Assembly (NCBI RefSeq): GCF_023055435.1
Contig: NW_025963813.1
Location: forward strand, 26,970,001 to 27,034,000
Source: Haliotis rufescens
Lineage: Eukaryota
Direction of reading: 5' to 3'
DNA: 64,000 nt
This document shows positions 37,418 to 50,651 of this stretch, in pieces. The stretch's first letter is position 1, and every line of letters starts with the position of its first letter. Both the position numbers and the translations under genes were made by a program. Under the pieces are notes generated by a model. It was not told the origin of the DNA. It did no database searches and saw only the letters and a list, made by a program, of their open reading frames with translations.

Positions 37418-38850
37418 GAGGGTCCTGGTGAGAGATGGTCCTGGTGAGAGATGGTCCTGGTGAGAGATGGACCTGGTGAGAGATGGTCCTGGTGAGAGAT
37501 GGTCCTGGTGAGAGATGGTCCTGGTGAGAGATGGACCGGGTGGGAGATGGTCCTGGTGAGAGATGGACCTGGTGAGAGAGGGTCCTGGTGAGAGATGGTC
37601 CTGGTGAGAGATGGTCCTGGTGAGAGATGGTCCTGGTGAGAGATGGACCGGGTGGGAGATGGACCGGGTGGGAGATGGACCGGGTGGGAGAGGGTCCGGG
37701 GGAGAGATGGACCGAGTGGGAGATGGTTCGGGTGAGAGATGGTTCGGGTGAGAGATGGACCGGGTGGGAGAGGGTCCGGGGGAGAGATGGACCGAGTGGG
37801 AGATGGACCGGGTGGGAGATGGACCGGGTGAGAGATGGACCGGGTGAGAGATGGACCGGGTGGGAGAGGGACCGGGTGAGAGATGGACCGGGTGAGAGAT
37901 GGACCGGGTGAGAGATGGACCGGGTGGGAGAGGGACCGGGTGGGAGATGGACCGGGTGGGAGAGGGTCCGGGTGAGAGATGGACCGTGTGGGAGAGGATC
38001 GGGGTAGGAGAAAGTCCGGGCCAAAGAGGGTCCGGGCCAGAGAGGGTCCGGGTGAGAGATAGTCCGGGTGAGAGAGGGTCCAGGCGAGTGGGGGTCCGGG
38101 TGAGAGATAGTCCGGGTGGGAGAAGGTCCGGGTGGGAGAGGATCGGGGTATGAGATAGTCCGGGTGAGAGAGGGTCCAGACGGAAGATGGTCCGAGTAAG
38201 TCACTCAAATTTCTTTGCACGTGTTTGTGACGGGCGAGAGAGGGTCCTGGTGGGAGATGGACCGGGTGAGAGAGGGTCCTGTAGAGAGAGGGTCCTGGTG
38301 AGAGATGGACCGGGTGAGAGAGCGACCGGGTGAGAGAGGGACCGGGTGAGAGAGGGTCCGGGTGAGAGAGGGACCGGGTGAGAAATAGTCCGGGCGAGAG
38401 AGGATCGGGGTAAGAGATAGTCCTGGTGGGAGAGGGTCCTGGTTAGAGATGGACCGGGTGAGAGAGGGTCCGGGTGAGAGAGGGTCCGGGTGAGAGAGGG
38501 TTCGGGTGGGAGAGGGTCCGGGTGGGAGAGGTTGCGGATGAGAGAGGATCCGGGTGGGAGATAGTCCGGGTGAGAGAGGGTCCTAGTGAGAGATAGTCCG
38601 GGTGGGAGAGAATCGGGGTATGAGATAGTCCGGGCGAGAGATGGTCCGGGCGAGAGAGGATCTGGGTGAGCGAGGATCAGGGTGGGAGATAGCCCGGGTG
38701 AGAGATGGTCCTAGTGAGAGATAGTCCGGGTGGGAGAGAATCGGGGTATGAGATAGTCCGGGCGAGAGAGGGTCCGGGTGAGAGATAGTCCGGGTGAGCG
38801 AGGGTCCGGGTGGGAGAGGGTCCGGGTGAGAGAGGGTCCAGACGGAAGAT
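37418..38850. repeat. G-rich 16-bp minisatellite (CCGGGTGAGAGATGGA / CCTGGTGAGAGATGGT variants), two blocks
   Basis: 16-bp periodicity; both blocks end CAGACGGAAGAT...CTTTGCACGTGTTTGTGACGGG. Confidence 0.97.
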
Positions 38851-39144
38851 CACCCAAATGTCTTTGCACGTGTTTGTGACGGGTGCCACCCTTGGGACAC
38901 ACAGTATCATCACGTTTTGATTGTGATAAATGCTCAAGATATGGTCGGATTCGTACAATGGACTGTGCATTTAGCAGATATTTCTTATGACTATGGAAAG
39001 GGTTTTGTCGCTTTAATTCTCTTGCACGTTAACATAATAATAACATTGATTAACAAAAACAGAGCAGCGATAAACCCAACTCACTCATAGATGTCAGCTA
39101 ACTAACGTTCTGCATGGAGGTGTATATATTGTTGCAGCCTCTTC

Positions 39145-39298
39145 TATGGAATACTACAAGGGACACTGTCGCGTTCTCGCACAATTTAACGTCTTGTCGC
39201 GTTGTCCCATTGACTCAATGTCGCGCTTTGGGTAATTTTGACAATTTTGGCTTGGCGACAATCCGACAACGCGACAATGCCCCTTGTTGTATTCCATA
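39145..39298. mobile_element. Small palindromic MITE
   Basis: TATGGAATACTACAAGGGACACTGTCGCGTT / AACGCGACAATGCCCCTTGTTGTATTCCATA inverted ends; related end at 41120-41160. Confidence 0.75.
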
Positions 39299-39847
39299 CT
39301 CCTCTCCCCTTCAGTGATTCCACTTACAATACATGCATTTAGTTCCCCACCGCATTGTCGAAAACCTTATTTGTTCACGGATGTGCTAACAACAGTCAAA
39401 CATCAATATAATGATTTCTCTATCTGGAATATCAACTTGAATGCAAAACACAATTTTCAGATTCAAGCATTTATTTATATTGATAATTTTCTTTTCTTAC
39501 ATATATTTTCATAATATATATACTGACGGGCAAAAGAAAGTATACACCCATGTCTTTCCCGGCAGTTTATATATCGTTTGTCACGCTCGTAATTTTTACT
39601 TTGATTTTTATATTTGTTTATTAACGAACTGCAGAAAAAAACTCATATTATATGTACAATGAAAACTTGTTTGTCCGGAAACCGCACCTTTCAGACGATT
39701 GCTGTAAGGAGTGTTTACATATACATTTCCGTATTCCCGGGGAAAAAAATACGGGGATTGTCAGCGCGTGTTGACATCAATGAAGACTTTGAATGATGAG
39801 GATAAAGTTACTTTGGTTGTTGACTTCAGTATACACTTCCGCAAAAC

Positions 39848-40078
39848 CCAATCCGGGTTAGAATTGATCTTCAGCACCCATGCTTGTCCTTAGAGGCGGT
39901 TAACGGGATCAGGTGGTCAGGCTTGCTGACTTGTTTGATGCATGTCGTATCCCAATTGTGTAGGTCGATGCTCATGATGTCAATCACTGGCTTGTCTGGT
40001 CCAGACTCTATTACTTACAGACCGCCGTCTTTTAGCTGAAATATTGCTGAGTGCGGCGTTAAACAACAAACAAGCAAA
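39848..40078 (+). mobile_element. Retroposon family B (single-hairpin subfamily)
   Basis: Head with one GTCGTAAGAGGCGAC-type unit, body and tail. Confidence 0.9.
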
Positions 40079-41464
40079 GTTACAAGTATAGACAATGGAT
40101 TTCGATTAGTCTGTTTCTGGTTGAAGGTAGGGGGCAGTTTGCATTCACACTTTTTTGTTTACAACCCTGACATTACTGCACCTATCTCATTCTCAACGGC
40201 AATACATATTAGATAAAGCCAAACACCGTTTGAGTCGAAGTTAAAGAGACCTACTTACGTCCTTCAAGTTTTCCGAGGTTCGACACAACCCGAAATAAAT
40301 GTTAAAAAAAGAAAGAATACAGGGGGAAAGAAGGCGACCATGCTTTTACTTTGAGACAACCGTAAGTTCGACACATCAAAGTTCGACACAACGTCGTTTG
40401 GCTGTATAATTTTCAAGAATATTTAACAATGTCATTGTGCATGTTCTGAAATAATTATACTTGAGTGAGCACTTTGATAAAACGTACATAAACACAGTCA
40501 TCTGTAGGCATACTACATTTCGAGTTCTCAGAGCTTGTTTCTGCGGAGGGATTCCAGGACAAAACAGGTTTCCTACATCTAATACTTGCCTCTCCGTGGG
40601 GATTCCGATGCAGAATTCACCCCAAGCCCCCAAGGGCTCTCTTTTTTTTGTGATTCTGAGAGAGACAGGTCGATCCATGCTTGTAAAAATCAAAAGATTA
40701 CAATTTGTGAGTTGATTGTATGCCATCGTCTCCACACGTCATGAATCGTTGTTCATGCTATTAGCCACTGGTCCGCCTGGCTTAGATTGAATAATTTACG
40801 GTGGCTGATTGGAAAGTAGTATTTCTAAATGTGGCGTAAAACAACACTCACTCACTTGAGGAGAGGCGTTACAAGAATTTTTTATGACCGTTTTTCGCAC
40901 CACATTCATTCCCTCGCTTACATATGCCAATAACTATGAAATTCCAGATGGGAAATGGCGTTATTGCCCTCACAAACCATGAAAGTGAAATATAGATTTC
41001 ATATTAAGTGTCCTTCACAAAACAAAGCAAAGAGTGACGAAGTTACCAAAAACCGCGACATTGCAACATTTTACCATTATCGCATTGTCCCGCTTTGCTT
41101 ATTTTATTTTATTTTACCAAATGGCGACAACGCGACTATTGCCCTTTAATGATTCCATAGACCGCCTCTGACACTACGAACGTAATTATAATGCTCAGTA
41201 CATTACATCGTGTCATACTTTGCAATGACAGAATACATTCGATGGTTCAGCAACATTATTATCTTATAATAACGTGTTCACACGGCCTGCTTGCTATCGT
41301 TCTTTTCAAGTGCAACGGTCCGTTGAAAATAAGATGTCTCCAGTACATGATTGTTCATGAGTACACACGACCTTAAAGTTATGTCAGTGCAGCTGAATTC
41401 TTGACATGCTTTGCCACTTGCAACATTTTCATGTGGGGGTATTCAGTCCATGAAGTGTGTGTGT

Positions 41465-41500
<36 letters not shown>

Positions 41501-42069
41501 TAGTATTTGTTGCGTCATAATGACTATGATGTAAGAGTGACAATAGAGGGATAAGTAAAACGTACATGTAGTCCTAGGCAACAGCCAACGTTATGCTTTT
41601 GACGTCATAACATTATATATACACATATGAGTTGAACAAAACGGCAACCAGAGCACAGATGCAATCAGGCATCAGTTCTATACAACACACAATAATGTCA
41701 TGAATTATTCAAATCAATATGCAGACGAGGTTATATATTATTTCAGCTTTGCAGTACAGTGATAATGAAATACTAACGCATTAGTCGTAATCTGTTGAAG
41801 AAACACATGTAATGACAGACGGCAACATATATAATGTATGAGGTCTAGATCGCTGTAATGACATCAGTGATATTAGCTGTGTTGTCTTGTCGGGGGAGTT
41901 GAAAGCGTATACTGCTTGAGTCCATACAGTGTTCTGTTACAACGTCACTATTTTCGGATGGGTAGTTATAGATCAAAATGTTCTACTAAAACTCGGACTG
42001 CTTTCTCACACATGTCTGTCGTCCTATGAAATGCCAAAAATGTTGTAAATAATTCCCCAAATAACAATA

Positions 42070-42083
42070 AATTCAACAATAAC

Positions 42084-42134
<51 letters not shown>
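42070..42134. repeat. (AAT)n microsatellite
   Basis: Trinucleotide run. Confidence 0.97.
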
Positions 42135-42159
42135 CCACATCCTCAAGCTTGCTCAATGC

Positions 42160-42270
42160 TCATTATTACCCCAGTCAAGGAATCAGTGTCCTGAGGCGCT
42201 AGAAAGTTAACAGTCAGATAACTATCTCATCCTACCGGGTACCCATTCACTGCTTGGTGAACAGGGCAAC
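42160..42270 (-). mobile_element. Deu/Nin-domain SINE fragment
   Basis: GGGTACCCATTCACTGCTTGGTGAACAG core. Confidence 0.75.
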
Positions 42271-42289
42271 GGATATAAATACAGTAGAA

Positions 42290-42480
42290 TAAAGCATGTG
42301 GGTACAAATATATTTGTATTCTTGATCTAACTGAATTTAGATCAAAGGGAGCATAAAGTAAAGAATCATTTGTAAAAAGTCGTATATTGGAATGTATATT
42401 TTCAACAATGTCATTTGTATAAATAAGAAAAGCAAAGGACCAAATACAGATCCCTGAGGTACGCCGTCTGCTGAATGTTT
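42290..42480 (-). mobile_element. CR1/L2-like LINE reverse transcriptase fragment
   Basis: GVPQGSVFGPLLFL, then after a frameshift NDIVENIHSNIRLFTNDSLLY (decayed FADD motif). Confidence 0.85.
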
Positions 42481-42489
42481 TGCAAAGCG

Positions 42490-42785
42490 TATTATTACCC
42501 CGGTCAGTGAATCAGTGTGCATTCGATTTCATTCTCAGCTCCTTGGCGAGTATACAACCCAAGCTGCCTGAAGCGCTAGAAAGTTAACAGTCACATTATC
42601 ATCTCATCATGTCGGGTACCCATTCGCTTCTGGGTGAACAGAGGCCTATTATTTCGAACCAAGTCACTTTCCTAAGGAGATACCACCTGTGACAGTTGGG
42701 GTTGGCATTTGAGCCTTACATGTGGGAAAAGCTCAAAGTCCAGCGTATTGCGCCGATGCCAAGAGATTACACCAGAACCCCCTGT
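42490..42785 (-). mobile_element. Deu/Nin-domain SINE with probable tRNA(Gln-like) head
   Basis: Body homologous to 14840-15030. Head GGTTCTGGTGTAAT...CTGGACTTTGA...GGCTCAAAT resembles tRNA-Gln. Confidence 0.7.
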
Positions 42786-42799
42786 TGTATGGAATCGCT

Positions 42800-45700
42800 C
42801 AGACAGATTGACAGCGTTAGAGATTAAGCCACGGTTCTGTGGGGGGTCAGATCGTCCAGACAGACTGTCAACTTTAGGGATATAGCCACGGTTCTGTGTG
42901 GGATCAGATCGTCCAGACAGACTGGCAACTTTAGGGATATAGCCACGGTTCTGCGGGGCGTCAGAACGTCCAGACAGACTGACAACTTTAGAGATATAGC
43001 CACGGTTCTGAGGGGGATCAGATCGTCCAGACAGTCTGACAACTTTAGGGATATAGCCACGGTTCTGTGTGGGATCAGATCGTCCAGACAGTCTGACAAC
43101 TTTAGAGATATAGCCACGGTTCTGAGGGGGATCAGATCGTCCAGACAGTCTGACAACTTTAGAGATATAGCCACGGTTCTGAGGGGGATCAGATCGTCCA
43201 GACAGTCTGACAACTTTAGGGATATAGCCACGGTTCTGTGGGGGATCACGTCGTCCAGACAGACTGGCAACTTTAGGGATATAGCCACGGTTCTGTGGGG
43301 GGTCAGAACGACCAGACAGACTGACAACTTTAGAGATATAGCCACGGTTCTGTGTGGGATCAGGCCGTCCAGACAGTCTGACAACTTTAGGGGTATAGCC
43401 ATGGTTCTGTGGGGAATCAGATCGTCCAGACAGACTGGCAACTTTAGGGATATAGCCACGGTTCTGTGGGGGATCAGATCGTCCAGACAGACTGGCAACT
43501 TTAGGGATATAGCCACGGTTCTGTGGGGGATCAGATCGTCCAGACAGACAGGCAACTTTAGGGATATAGCCACGGTTCTGTGGGGGATCAGATCAGACAG
43601 ACAGACTGACAACTGTAGGGATATAGCCACGGTTCTGTGGGGGATCAGATCGTCCAGACAGACAGGCAACTTTAGGGATATAGCCACGGTTCTGTGGGGG
43701 ATCAGATCGTCCAGACAGACAGGCAACTTTAGGGATATAGCCACGGTTCTGTGTGGGATCAGATCAGACAGACAGACCGACAACTTTAGGGATATAGCCA
43801 CGGTTCTGTGGGGGATCAGATCGTCCAGACAGACTGGCAACTTTAGGGATATAGCCACGGTTCTGAGGGGATCAGATCGCTCAGACAGACTGACAACTTT
43901 AGAGATATAGCCACGGTTCTGTGGGGGATCAGATCGCTCAGACAGACTGACAACTTTAGAGATATAGCCACGGTTCTGTGGGGGATCAGATCGCTCAGAC
44001 AGACTGACAACTTTAGGGATATAGCCACGGTTCTGTGGGGGATCAGATCGTCCAGACAGACAGGCAACTTTAGGGATATAGCCACGGTTCTGTGGGGGAT
44101 CAGATCAGACAGACAGACTGACAACTGTAGGGATATAGCCACGGTTCTGTGGGGGATCAGATCGTCCAGACAGACAGGCAACTTTAGGGATATAGCCACG
44201 GTTCTGTGGGGGATCAGATCAGACAGACAGACTGACAACTGTAGGGATATAGCCACGGTTCTGTGTGGGATCAGATCGTCCAGACAGACAGGCAACTTTA
44301 GGGATATAGCCACGGTTCTGTGGGGGATCAGATCGCTCAGACAGACTGACAACTTTAGAGATATAGCCACGGTTCTGTGTGGGATCAGATCGTCCAGACA
44401 GTCTGACAACTTTAGAGATATAGCCACGGTTCTGTGGGGCGTCAGAACGTCCAGACAGTCTGACAACTTTAGGGATATAGCCACGGTTCTGCGGGGCGTC
44501 AGAACGTCCAGACAGACAGGCAACTTTAGGGATATAGCCACGGTTCTGTGGGGGATCAGATCGTCCAGACAGTCTGACAACTTTAGGGATATAGCCACGG
44601 TTCTGTGGGGGGGTCAGAACGTCCAGACAGACAGGCAACTTTAGAGATATAGCCACGGTTCTGTGGGGGATCAGATCGTCCAGACAGACTGGCAACTTTA
44701 GGGATATAGCCACGGTTCTGTGGGGGATCAGATCGTCCAGACAGACTGGCAACTTTAGGGATATAGCCACGGTTCTGTGGGGGGTCAGATCGTCCAGACA
44801 GTCTGACAACTTTAGAGATATAGCCACGGTTCTGTGGGGGATCAGATCGTCAAAACAGACTGGCAACTTTAGAGATATAGCCACGGTTCTGTGTGGGATC
44901 AGATCGTCCAGACAGACTGGCAACTTTAGGGATATAGCCACGGTTCTGTGTGGGATCAGATCGCTCAGACAGACTGACAACTTTAGAGATATAGCCACGG
45001 TTCTGAGTGGGATCAGATCGTCCAGACAGTCTGACAACTTTAGAGATATAGCCACGGTTCTGTGGGGCGTCAGAACGTCCAGACAGTCTGACAACTTTAG
45101 GGATATAGCCACGGTTCTGTGTGGGATCAGATCAGACAGACAGACTGACAACTTTAGGGATATAGCCACGGTTCTGTGGGGGATCAGATCGTCCAGACAG
45201 ACTGACAACTGTAGGGATATAGCCACGGTTCTGTGTGGAATCAGATCAGACAGACAGACAGACAGACTGACAACTGTAGGGATATAGCCACGGTTCTGTG
45301 GGGGATCAGATCGTCCAGACAGACTGACAACTTTAGAGATATAGCCACGGTTCTGTGGGGGATCAGATCGTCCAGACAGACTGACAACTTTAGAGATATA
45401 GCCACGGTTCTGTGTGGGATCAGATCGTCCAGACAGACTGGCAACTTTAGGGATATAGCCACGGTTCTGAGGGGGATCAGATCGTCCAGACAGACTGACA
45501 GCTTTAGAGATATAGCCACGGTTCTGTGTGGGATCAGATCGTCCAGACAGTCTGACAACTTTAGAGATATAGCCACGGTTCTGTGGGGCGTCAGAACGTC
45601 CAGACAGTCTGGCAACTTTAGGGATATAGCCACGGTTCTGCAGGGCGTCAGAACGTCCAGACAGTCTGGCAACTTTAGGGATATAGCCACGGTTCTGTGG

Positions 45701-45845
45701 GGGATCAGAACGTCCAGACAGACTGACAACTGTAGGGATATAGCCACGGTTCTGTGGGGGATCAGAACGTCCAGACAGACTGGCAACTTTAGGGATATAG
45801 CCACGGTTCTGTGGGGGATCACGTCGTCCAGACAGACTGGCAGTA
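42800..45845. repeat. Minisatellite, 57-bp unit, about 53 copies
   Basis: AGCCACGGTTCTGTGGGGGATCAGATCGTCCAGACAGACTGGCAACTTTAGGGATAT; 19-aa periodic ORFs. Confidence 0.98.
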
Positions 45846-46150
45846 TTAGAGCTTTAGCTCCGGCCTTTTGTTTCAACACTTCCTTGTCTAAATCTTCCAT
45901 CTGCTGAAGTGAGCTGTGAAGAAAATCTTTTCATGAGGAAGTTGTGCGTAACCGATAACGTGTAGCGGCAGGGGTCAAATACATTTATTTCTCTCCCCTA
46001 GGCCCATATCAGTAAGCTTCACAGTTGTAGACACGTTTCTTATTCGGTGTCAAATGTTCGTCGTATGTCTTTCCCTTTGACTAAACGGCTCGAGCTGTTA
46101 TCGTTAACAAACTTGTCCGTATATTGTTCAGTGATCTAAAACATGACTGG

Positions 46151-46195
<45 letters not shown>
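46151..46195. repeat. (TAA)n microsatellite at the 5' junction of the R4/Dong fragment
   Basis: Trinucleotide run. Confidence 0.97.
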
Positions 46196-46760
46196 GGCCC
46201 GTTTACAGGCTCAGACGTATCCAGGCCAACAAAACTGATCTTTTCCTTTTTGATAAATCCAATGAAATCATTTATGTCATTGAATTTTCTGTCCCTTTTG
46301 ACAATAATGTGATTGACAAGATTCAGGAAAAACATGTCAAATATGCGGACTTCGCTTTCGAAACGTCACGCTTGCATCCTAAGTACCAAGTTGTCCTACT
46401 CCCCATTGTTCTCGGTGCCCTAGGTGTGTTATCTCCCAATCTGTTGACTGACATTGGGAGAGTACCCGGGTGTGTTACCAGGAATACAGCCCTTCTGACA
46501 ATCTGGGTAATGCAGAGGGCTGCAGTGTTGAGGTGTCTTCATATTCTCCGAAAAGTTCTCGGTAGGTTCGACCAGGCAGCGCTTCCTAGGTGAAGTCCCA
46601 TTCGCTGTCTGGGCTGCGTGTAGAGGGGGCAAGGGTCCTGAGCTGATGATGAGCCTAACCAGCCTAACTGTGCCAGGATCAACCAAACCCTCTTGGCTGC
46701 TTTTTTTATTTTTAATTATTAATTAAGATTAAAAGAGATTAAGACGATTTCATTATTATT
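46196..46760 (+). mobile_element. 5'-truncated R4/Dong-clade non-LTR retrotransposon (RLE domain C-terminus plus 3' UTR)
   Basis: In frame from 46198: IQANKTDLFLFDK..IYVIEFSVPFDNNVIDKIQEKHVKYAD..E..LPIVLGALG..MQRAAVL..HILRKVL, matching the R4 PD-(D/E)xK tail. Confidence 0.85.
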
Positions 46761-46809
46761 ATCACTATTATTTATAATGTGACAAATCCACACATGCTCA
46801 AAGCACTCC

Positions 46810-47000
46810 ATTATTACCCCTGTCAATGAATCATTGTGCGATTTTTATTCTAAGCTCCCTGGGGAGTATACAACCCAAGCTGTCTGAGGCGCTTGAAGGT
46901 TAATAGTCTCATCCTACAGGGTACCCATTTACTGCTGGGTGAACAGAGGCATATTCCAAACAAAGTCACTTGCCAAAGGAGACACCACATGTAACCTGTG
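46810..47000 (-). mobile_element. Deu/Nin-domain SINE
   Basis: GGGTACCCATTTACTGCTGGGTGAACAGAGGC core; homologous to the 42490 copy. Confidence 0.8.
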
Positions 47001-47745
47001 TTTCAGAGTTGGGCAAAGACAGCATATGTGCTGTAAGCAGCGTCCATAGTACGATATATAGTATATATCATGAGCATGTGTTAATGAATCAATGTGATAC
47101 CAGGTGTTTGCGAAAAGGTGATGGACACACCGGTGGTACCCGTCACAAACACATGCAAATGCCGAACTCTATTTCCCGATTCTGAAATAGGTGTCCCTTT
47201 AATATCGACAGATGGTAAACTGCATACACAAGAACACTCATTCGGCCCCAGGCATGTCTGCCAGGCCTGCACATACTACGACCCGTTAGACCAGCCACGT
47301 GGACCTATAGGGTCTGTTGTAAAAACGTGGAACCTAATGATAAATACAAAATAAATACAAAATAAATACAAAATAAATTTTTAAAAAACATTATAAAAGA
47401 AGACTCATCCAGATGCTGTACTAGAAACCACATTCTTATCAGGTGCCTCAAATCCTAAGTACTTCACTGAGAGCTGCTTGCATGGATCTGTTAAATACAT
47501 CTTTTACAGGGTTATATATATTGCAAAATTATGTTATCTTACAGAAACAGACGCGGGCAACTTCATGCAATGGACATGTATTTACGTTCAAAGCACTTAT
47601 TCGAAATGCTGTATAAATATATGTACTGTTTGTTTATTTAAAGAAAGGGGAATCCAACTTGAGTATGGAAATATACGAGTCAGAGGTTCGACTGGTGAAG
47701 GGTTTAAAGATTTAGTAAATATACAAACGTCCCTGGTGTTATGTT

Positions 47746-48922
47746 GGTATCCTCCCATCAGTCATACAGGCCATTTGTCATACAGCTTACGGGTATAACA
47801 ACATAGGATATGCATGACTGGACCACTAATCCCCTGCCTTCTACCTATCAATTTGGGCTGTTCCACACAGATCATTAACTGTGTTTATGTTTAAGTTTGA
47901 TTTCTAGGGAACACCAGGATCATGATTATGAATGATCTTGTGCTAATTCATTTGCAGATTGTAAGAAAACAAATTGTAAAGCAGAAAAGTAATTAATAAT
48001 TAGTATGGTTTATTCAACATAATATTATAAATATGAACCATGTTTAACAAGAATTAATAACATAATTCAACATTCAAAGCATCATAATGGCGGATAATGG
48101 CTATCCAAGCTTCAATAGGTGACCTGCAGCATCAAGGAACTGGATTGTTCTTTTCCTTCCTTGGGTCAGTTGATCTTTCAGTCTCTGGAGTATATTGTCA
48201 ACCTCACGGTAGACCCGCTTTCTACTTGGTTCAGGTGCACCGAGGTTTATCTGCGCCAATTTCACCTTGTCAGCTTTCTCAATCATTCGGAAGACTTCTA
48301 TCAGACGGTAGATGTTTGGGTGTTGGTGAGGAAGACTTCTATTCAGCTTGTTGTGGAAGCCTTCCAGGTTGGTGTTGGTCCTCGGGTGTCATGGTGATTC
48401 CATAGGAGAATCGGAAAGCGAGCATCATAATCTACCCAAGTCAATACCATGTAGTCGTTGAAGGTCTCAGCTCTGGGTAGATCAGGTGTGTGCTGCATTG
48501 CTTCTAGCCAGGCGTCTTGGACATCATCTGCAGGGGATAGCGCTAGACCTGCTGCCCGTCTAATCCACTGTTGCACTGCTGGATCTTCTTTATAGGCTAC
48601 AGCCAACCCGAGGTCTTGTGTCTTCCGCCCTTGACTTCAGCGTTGGGGAACTCCAACTGGATGGCACGGATTGCTGCTTGTTCAAAATCTGTCTGCAGGC
48701 GAGAACTTACAGTGACTTTGATCTTCTCACAAGATAACCAGCTCACAACAACTCACCCTTTATGAATTTAACATTGTTGTAACAAAGACCTTAACTCAGA
48801 GTGTTGGGTCAGACCATTACAGCTTAAGATGAGTGCTCTAATTACCACCCTACTCAACTGTATGACGATTGGCAATAACAAGGTCTGTGACAAATGGCCT
48901 GTCTGACTGATGGGAGGGAACC
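47746..48922 (-). mobile_element. Internally deleted Mutator-like (MULE) DNA transposon with TIRs and 8-bp TSD
   Basis: TIRs GGTATCCTCCCATCAGTCATACAGGCCATTTGTCA / TGACAAATGGCCTGTCTGACTGATGGGAGGGAACC; TSD GTTATGTT. Transposase relic 48100-48700 reads TDFEQAAIRAIQLEFPNAEVKG...FNDYMVLTWV..FPILLWNHH..NLEGFHNKLN. Confidence 0.9.
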
Positions 48923-50651
48923 GTTATGTTAAATCTACGCACCTAATCTTAATACGAAGCGGATAATTCTGCGGGACTCGTGATAGTATCAACTTTGTCA
49001 GGTTTGGAGATGAGATATACAAGATATTTGAAAAGAAAACACAAAGTATATATTTTGGTTGTCTTAATACCGTACTATGTAATAATAGTACTATGTGCTA
49101 TGGAAAATACGTTAGTGTTTATCAGTCAATAATTTCATACTTCGAAGTTTACACTGTTTCTCTCATGCTGATTGGCCGAAGGGGGAGTCACGTGATCTGA
49201 TATTTGGAGTTCAGACACCTGTGAACGGACAAAAAATGTTCACACGATGTGAATTTTTTTTTGTGAAATTGATCGTGTGAACTTTTGCCGGAACTACTTT
49301 CCGGGGTTTCCCCGAATTCTGTGTTCACGAATCAACTCGTTTTTCTATTTTCTTTTTAATCCCTGCATTTTTCAGCAATATAATTAATTTAGTATTTTTG
49401 CCTGGTCTTGTAACATTTCATCTGACTTATAAATAAATTAATGCTTTGGTTCTGGTGTTTGATGTCGTCTAGCTGCTACATGAAACAAAATGGATTGTCC
49501 TTGCGGTGAAAGGCTATATGGAAAGGCTATCTTTCAATACTAATAACGCAAGTGAAGAAAATTAATTCTGTAAAATTACTTAGGTGAACGAAATTGATTT
49601 ATTGAGCGATATTAACTTTGATGGCTTGTTTTCGGAAATGACAGGAATCTAGCAACAATGAAAACAATGTCGTACCCTGCTCAGATGTGGCCGCTGACAC
49701 AGATCAAACGCGACAGCTCCTGATCAATCCCAAACTAAAACCCGATTTACTATCGTATCGGGGAAAAAATCTAAGATTTTGAGAAAACATTAAACATAAA
49801 AAGGTAAGGAAAGAAACTTAAATTTTAAAAAAAAAACAAAAAAAACCTTGCCTACCTGTTTTACCTATTTGTCATGGGAGACGAGAAAATATCCGTAGAC
49901 GGAATTAGAAATCTACTATTCAAGTTTCTGAGTTGGCCGACCTCCTCCGTGCATTCTAGGCCGAGAAGCGGCGGCACATGAGTAGTGACGGGACACAGTA
50001 ATGAAGCTGGCATCAGGTCATACAGTAGGTCATCTCAGGAGACAAGAAACACCAGCCAAGTAAAGTATTACAGCACACACGGCAAATCACAAACTCCAAA
50101 TAGAACACACTCTGACACAAAACACACAAGTTTCAGAGCACTCCGTTCAATCCCCACCAGTCTATTCCACATCGTCCGAAATGGTTTGCGATTATCCAAA
50201 CACAAGCAACACATTCATAAATCGGTGATATTCCCAATTTGCTCCTGCGATGAGAGGGTTCACGCGTCGGGGTGTTATCTATAACTGCTCCATAAACGTC
50301 ATTTTCAACAGCAGTAAGTATAAATTTCATCCTCATTCTCCCGTTCAACTCGAAATGCACCTCTTTACAAACTTATGCTCGGAGGTTCACACAGTTTAAC
50401 CAGCGCTTTTAAATCGTTCACACTTCAATGAACCCATCCAAACTGACGTTCAATTCTTAAGATAGTACACTGAAAACTCAGTGAGGCTCACTGGGAGGAC
50501 TTCCGGCAAAATGTGCCACTCGACTGAGATATCCAATTTACGATTTCAGATAAATACAGTATTTTATCACTCAATACATAACATACTGCAACTCAAGCGA
50601 GAGCTCTCCGTTAATTCTACTCCATTGTCCCTATGCTGGTAAGCCTCATTA

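Noticed and set aside
37372-38220. Pro/Ser-rich 270-282-aa ORFs
   Set aside because: Translation of a 16-bp repeat, which is not a multiple of three; artefact.
42720-42800. Coding exon end (..DFELFPH|GTAAGG) after the 57-bp array
   Set aside because: Better explained as the tRNA-like head of the adjacent SINE.
49060-49700. Promoter-like CTGATTGG/GTCACGTGA cluster
   Set aside because: Shares motifs with 11866-11960, 35149 and 50540, so more likely a non-autonomous DNA-transposon remnant; boundaries could not be defined.
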